DNA of 64,000 nucleotides from Podarcis muralis (Eukaryota): NCBI RefSeq assembly GCF_964188315.1, contig NC_135667.1, positions 13,702,001 to 13,766,000 of the forward strand, read 5' to 3'. Shown piece by piece: positions 61,280 to 64,000 of this stretch (position 1 is its first letter; each line of letters starts with the position of its first letter). The notes under the pieces were generated by a model. It saw only the letters and a program-made list of their open reading frames with translations, ran no database searches and was not told where the DNA came from. The position numbers and the translations under genes were made by a program.

Positions 61280-61431
61280 CAGTGCTTTTTTTCTACAAAA
61301 AAAAAAAAGTTTAGGGGTACTCTCATTTTCCTCCTCATATTGAAATACAGCACCTCAATGAGGACAACCTTAGATTCACAAAATGATTAGGGGTATGCGT
61401 ACCCCTGCGTACCCCCGGGGGGAAAGCACTG
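61280..61431. mobile_element. hAT-type MITE (152 bp)
   Basis: TIRs cagtgctttt / gaaagcactg; 8-bp TSD agaattgc. Confidence 0.88.
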
Positions 61432-61817
61432 AGAATTGCTCATATAATCTTTCTGTGTGTCCAAAAGTTGTTTTGAAATGCAGAACTGTCTGAAGTATGC
61501 GCCAGAGATCCCAAGCAACTTTTTATGCTCTACCTCAAAATGGCTCCCCTCCTCCATCCCCTATTATTTATTTATATAATAATAGAAGTAAATGAAAATC
61601 AAACACACACAAACCAGCTCCCTTTATTAGCCAGAGGAAGCAAGCTTTCCTTAGCACCTCAGCCTTACCTAACTTCCAGAGTGGCTATGGGTGGGAAATG
61701 GGGTTGTGGATCTTCCTTGATATTGAAAGCTTGGATCCAAATCCTGTTGCACACGCCCCAATCTGCAAGCGGTGAGAGGCTTCAGCAGTTGCTGCACTTA
61801 CTCAGGGTTACTCAGTG

Positions 61818-64000
61818 TGTTGAATAGTGGGTAGACATGGCAGAGGACACAGCGATTTCTCCAAAGCAGCTCTTTATTTTGTAAGCTGGAACAGAACTGA
61901 ACAGCAAACAGCTCAGCTGGCCTGCTTTTATAGGCAGCCGGCTGTCAACATTGTAGCAACAACAACCCAGGGTTTCCCGCCTAAAATAACTGACGTGGAC
62001 CTGAGTGAAAACTATCTACAGTATCCCCCTGCTGGCCCAGGGTGAGAACTTCAGTACATAACACCCCTCCCCACCGAGATAAGGCGTTAGTTACAATCGT
62101 AATGGTTTCCATATATACAGCACTACACGTAATGGTTCAATTAGGCACAAAAGCATATTGGTTACATTTCCCATACTTAGACCAACAGTGATACATGTCC
62201 AGCAACATAGTCCTTTAAATAAGTTGGGCGCTTGGAAACTCTGCCAGACCGCCGGGGACTGGTAGCCAAGTCCGGGGGGCCACACAATTCTTGCTGAGGC
62301 TGTGGTGCGACCCTAGGTGGCGTTGAAACCAAATCCCCTGGATCCGCTGCTGTGGGTGGAGCCTCTGCAAGTGGAGTGGTCTGAGTCTGTGGTAAGTCTG
62401 GCAGACCCTCTGAAGCGGCTTGGTTCGGCTCCACGCTGGCAGTTTGCGAGGGAGGTGTAGGTGGAGCCTCGCCATCTGTAAGTATCTCTTCTGGAGCCAC
62501 AAGCGCAGTTGGGGGCACCACGGTAGTGTCCAAGTCCCCAACCCTGCGCCTAAGCTGGTCTATGTGCCGACGCCACAAGTGTCCGTCTTCGAGTGCCAGC
62601 TGGTACGAGCGAGGTCCAGTGACTCCCACTACTGTGGCTGGCACCCAAGGAATGTCCCTGTGCTGGTCCCGGGGGGAGGTTACCGTGGGGCGAGGTCCAG
62701 GACCCGAGTCGAGGGTCGGCAGACAGTCCTCCACGGGAGAAGCAGGGTCCACAGGGAGGAGCCGGGCAAGGACAGGAACACTGGAGGAACAGGACTGGAT
62801 GCTGGCCGAAACAGCTCTTTAATGACGACGTTGCTCCCGCAACCTGGGACCAGGCTGACTGGCCTTTATCTTCTCTGAGGCCAGGGGCGGTCCCGGCCCC
62901 CAGGAGCCCCGCCTCTCCTGGCCTTAAGGTGAGCACTCCTCCTGGGAGAAACCAGTTCCCTTCGCCTCTCTGCCCTAAGCCTCTGCAGTTCAGGAGAGGC
63001 TGAAGGGTTACTGGGCCCAGGGGCACCCGTAGGCACTGAGTCCTCAACCACCTCTGGAGCCAGAATGAATTCACCTGGTGCCTGCTCCTGAGGATCCGGC
63101 ACAGGTGCAGGCTCCTCAGAATCAAGGCCCTGCCCCAGTTCAGCTGGCCCTGGAGGCAGGGACTCCTGTGCAGGCTGGGATTCCTCCGGTTCACTCTCTG
63201 AATCGGATTCCCAGGCCATCACAGTCCCCCACATAGTTCCGGGCAAAGACCTGGTTTCCTGGAACAAATAACCGTGGCACGTTGGCACAGCCTGGGGGTT
63301 CGGCCACGGCAAAGTCCAGGTGCAGCCGGTCGAGCGGTGACCTGAGGTGGCGGCCCATAAGCAATTCAGCAGGACTCCGCCCTGTGGCCGCATGAGGGGT
63401 GATGTGTTGCATGAACAAGTATTCGGCGACCCGCTCGTGCCAGTCTCCCCGGTCCAGGCGCGCCAGTGCCTCTTTTGCCAAGAGCACCATTCTCTCCGCT
63501 TGCCCGTTGCTGGATGGATGAAAGGGTGCCATTAGGGCATGGCGGATGCCCAGTCCCAAAAGATACCACTCAAAAGTGCCTGACGCGAACTGCGGTCCGT
63601 TGTCGGAGACAAGGACATCAGGACACCCATGCGTCGCAAACAGGCCTCGCAGCACCCGGATGACGGCCTCGGTAGTGGTGGAGGGCATCAGGGCCACCTC
63701 CAGCCATTTGGAATAGGCGTCCACCACTACCATAAAGGTCCGGCCGTGAAAGGGGCCAGCCAGATCGATGTGCACCCTCGACCAGGTGTATTTGGCGTCT
63801 CCCAGGTGTGTCCCTTAGCTGTCGGTGGTGCAGGCCTCGATTCTTGGCACGCTTGACAGGCGGACACCCAGGCAGTGATGGCATTGTCCATGTTAGGCCA
63901 CCAGACGTAATACCGAGCCAACGCCTTCATTTTGACAATTCCTGGGTGGCCAACGTGCAGAGCCTCCAGGACGCGTTGACGGAGTCTTTGGGGAATCACG
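61818..64000 (-). mobile_element. Gypsy LTR retrotransposon, 3' part (integrase region, PPT, 3' LTR); continues beyond the window
   Basis: LTR 61818-62063 (TGTT...AACA); polypurine tract ggggagggg on - at 62064-62072; HHCC zinc finger (LHVGHPG...CQAC); rve core HIDLAGP..VVVDAYSKW..SDNGPQF..SNGQAER; 1-nt frameshift near 63784. Confidence 0.93.
62659..63223 (-). mobile_element. Solo LTR (565 bp) nested in the Gypsy integrase
   Basis: TGT...ACA ends; 5-bp TSD GTCCC; removing it rejoins ARNYVGD with IPWVPATVVGVTGPRSY. Confidence 0.92.

Larger units (their letters stand above)
53070..61510 (+). repeat. Segmental duplication unit B
   Basis: Collinear with unit A, with extra insertions. Confidence 0.9.

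Noticed and set aside
62866-63393. Acidic 175-aa ORF (WESDSESEPEES...)
   Set aside because: Runs out of frame from the integrase into the nested solo LTR; not an independent gene
41000-64000. RPPH1 (RNase P RNA) and PARP2, expected by synteny
   Set aside because: The conserved RNase P motifs (GGAAGGTCTGAG, CCCAATTCAGAC) and PARP2-like exons were not seen on either strand by eye
1-64000. CRISPR arrays, rRNA or true tRNA genes, prokaryotic operons
   Set aside because: Vertebrate DNA; the tRNA-like boxes all belong to SINE heads and no regular repeat-spacer array is present

Overview
Squamate genomic DNA, probably from a lacertid lizard (Sauria SINEs, a Squam3-like SINE, young L2, BovB-type RTE, hAT and Tigger MITEs, Gypsy LTRs). 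Positions 1-41 kb reproduce the human 14q11.2 gene order. There are two OR11-like olfactory receptor genes on + (the second has TTG where the ATG should be), then TTC5 (10 coding exons, -) and CCNB1IP1/HEI10 (3 coding exons, -). Upstream of HEI10 is a non-coding snoRNA host region carrying SNORA79 and two tandem SNORD126 copies. From about 43 kb lies a head-to-tail segmental duplication containing two intact paralogues (343 aa, 18 aa differences) of an unnamed gene. Each has a TATA/Inr promoter, a short non-coding exon, one intron and the whole CDS in a single exon. The protein has four 43-47-aa beta-propeller-like repeats followed by a Ser/Thr-rich domain with an alternating amphipathic hairpin, which is the architecture of aerolysin-type beta-pore-forming proteins. 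This pair is the best candidate for an undescribed system. Unit B carries several insertions with target-site duplications (TSDs), including a composite hAT element with GC-rich cargo. The window ends in a Gypsy element whose integrase is split by a nested solo LTR. All family assignments come from pattern recognition; no searches were run.
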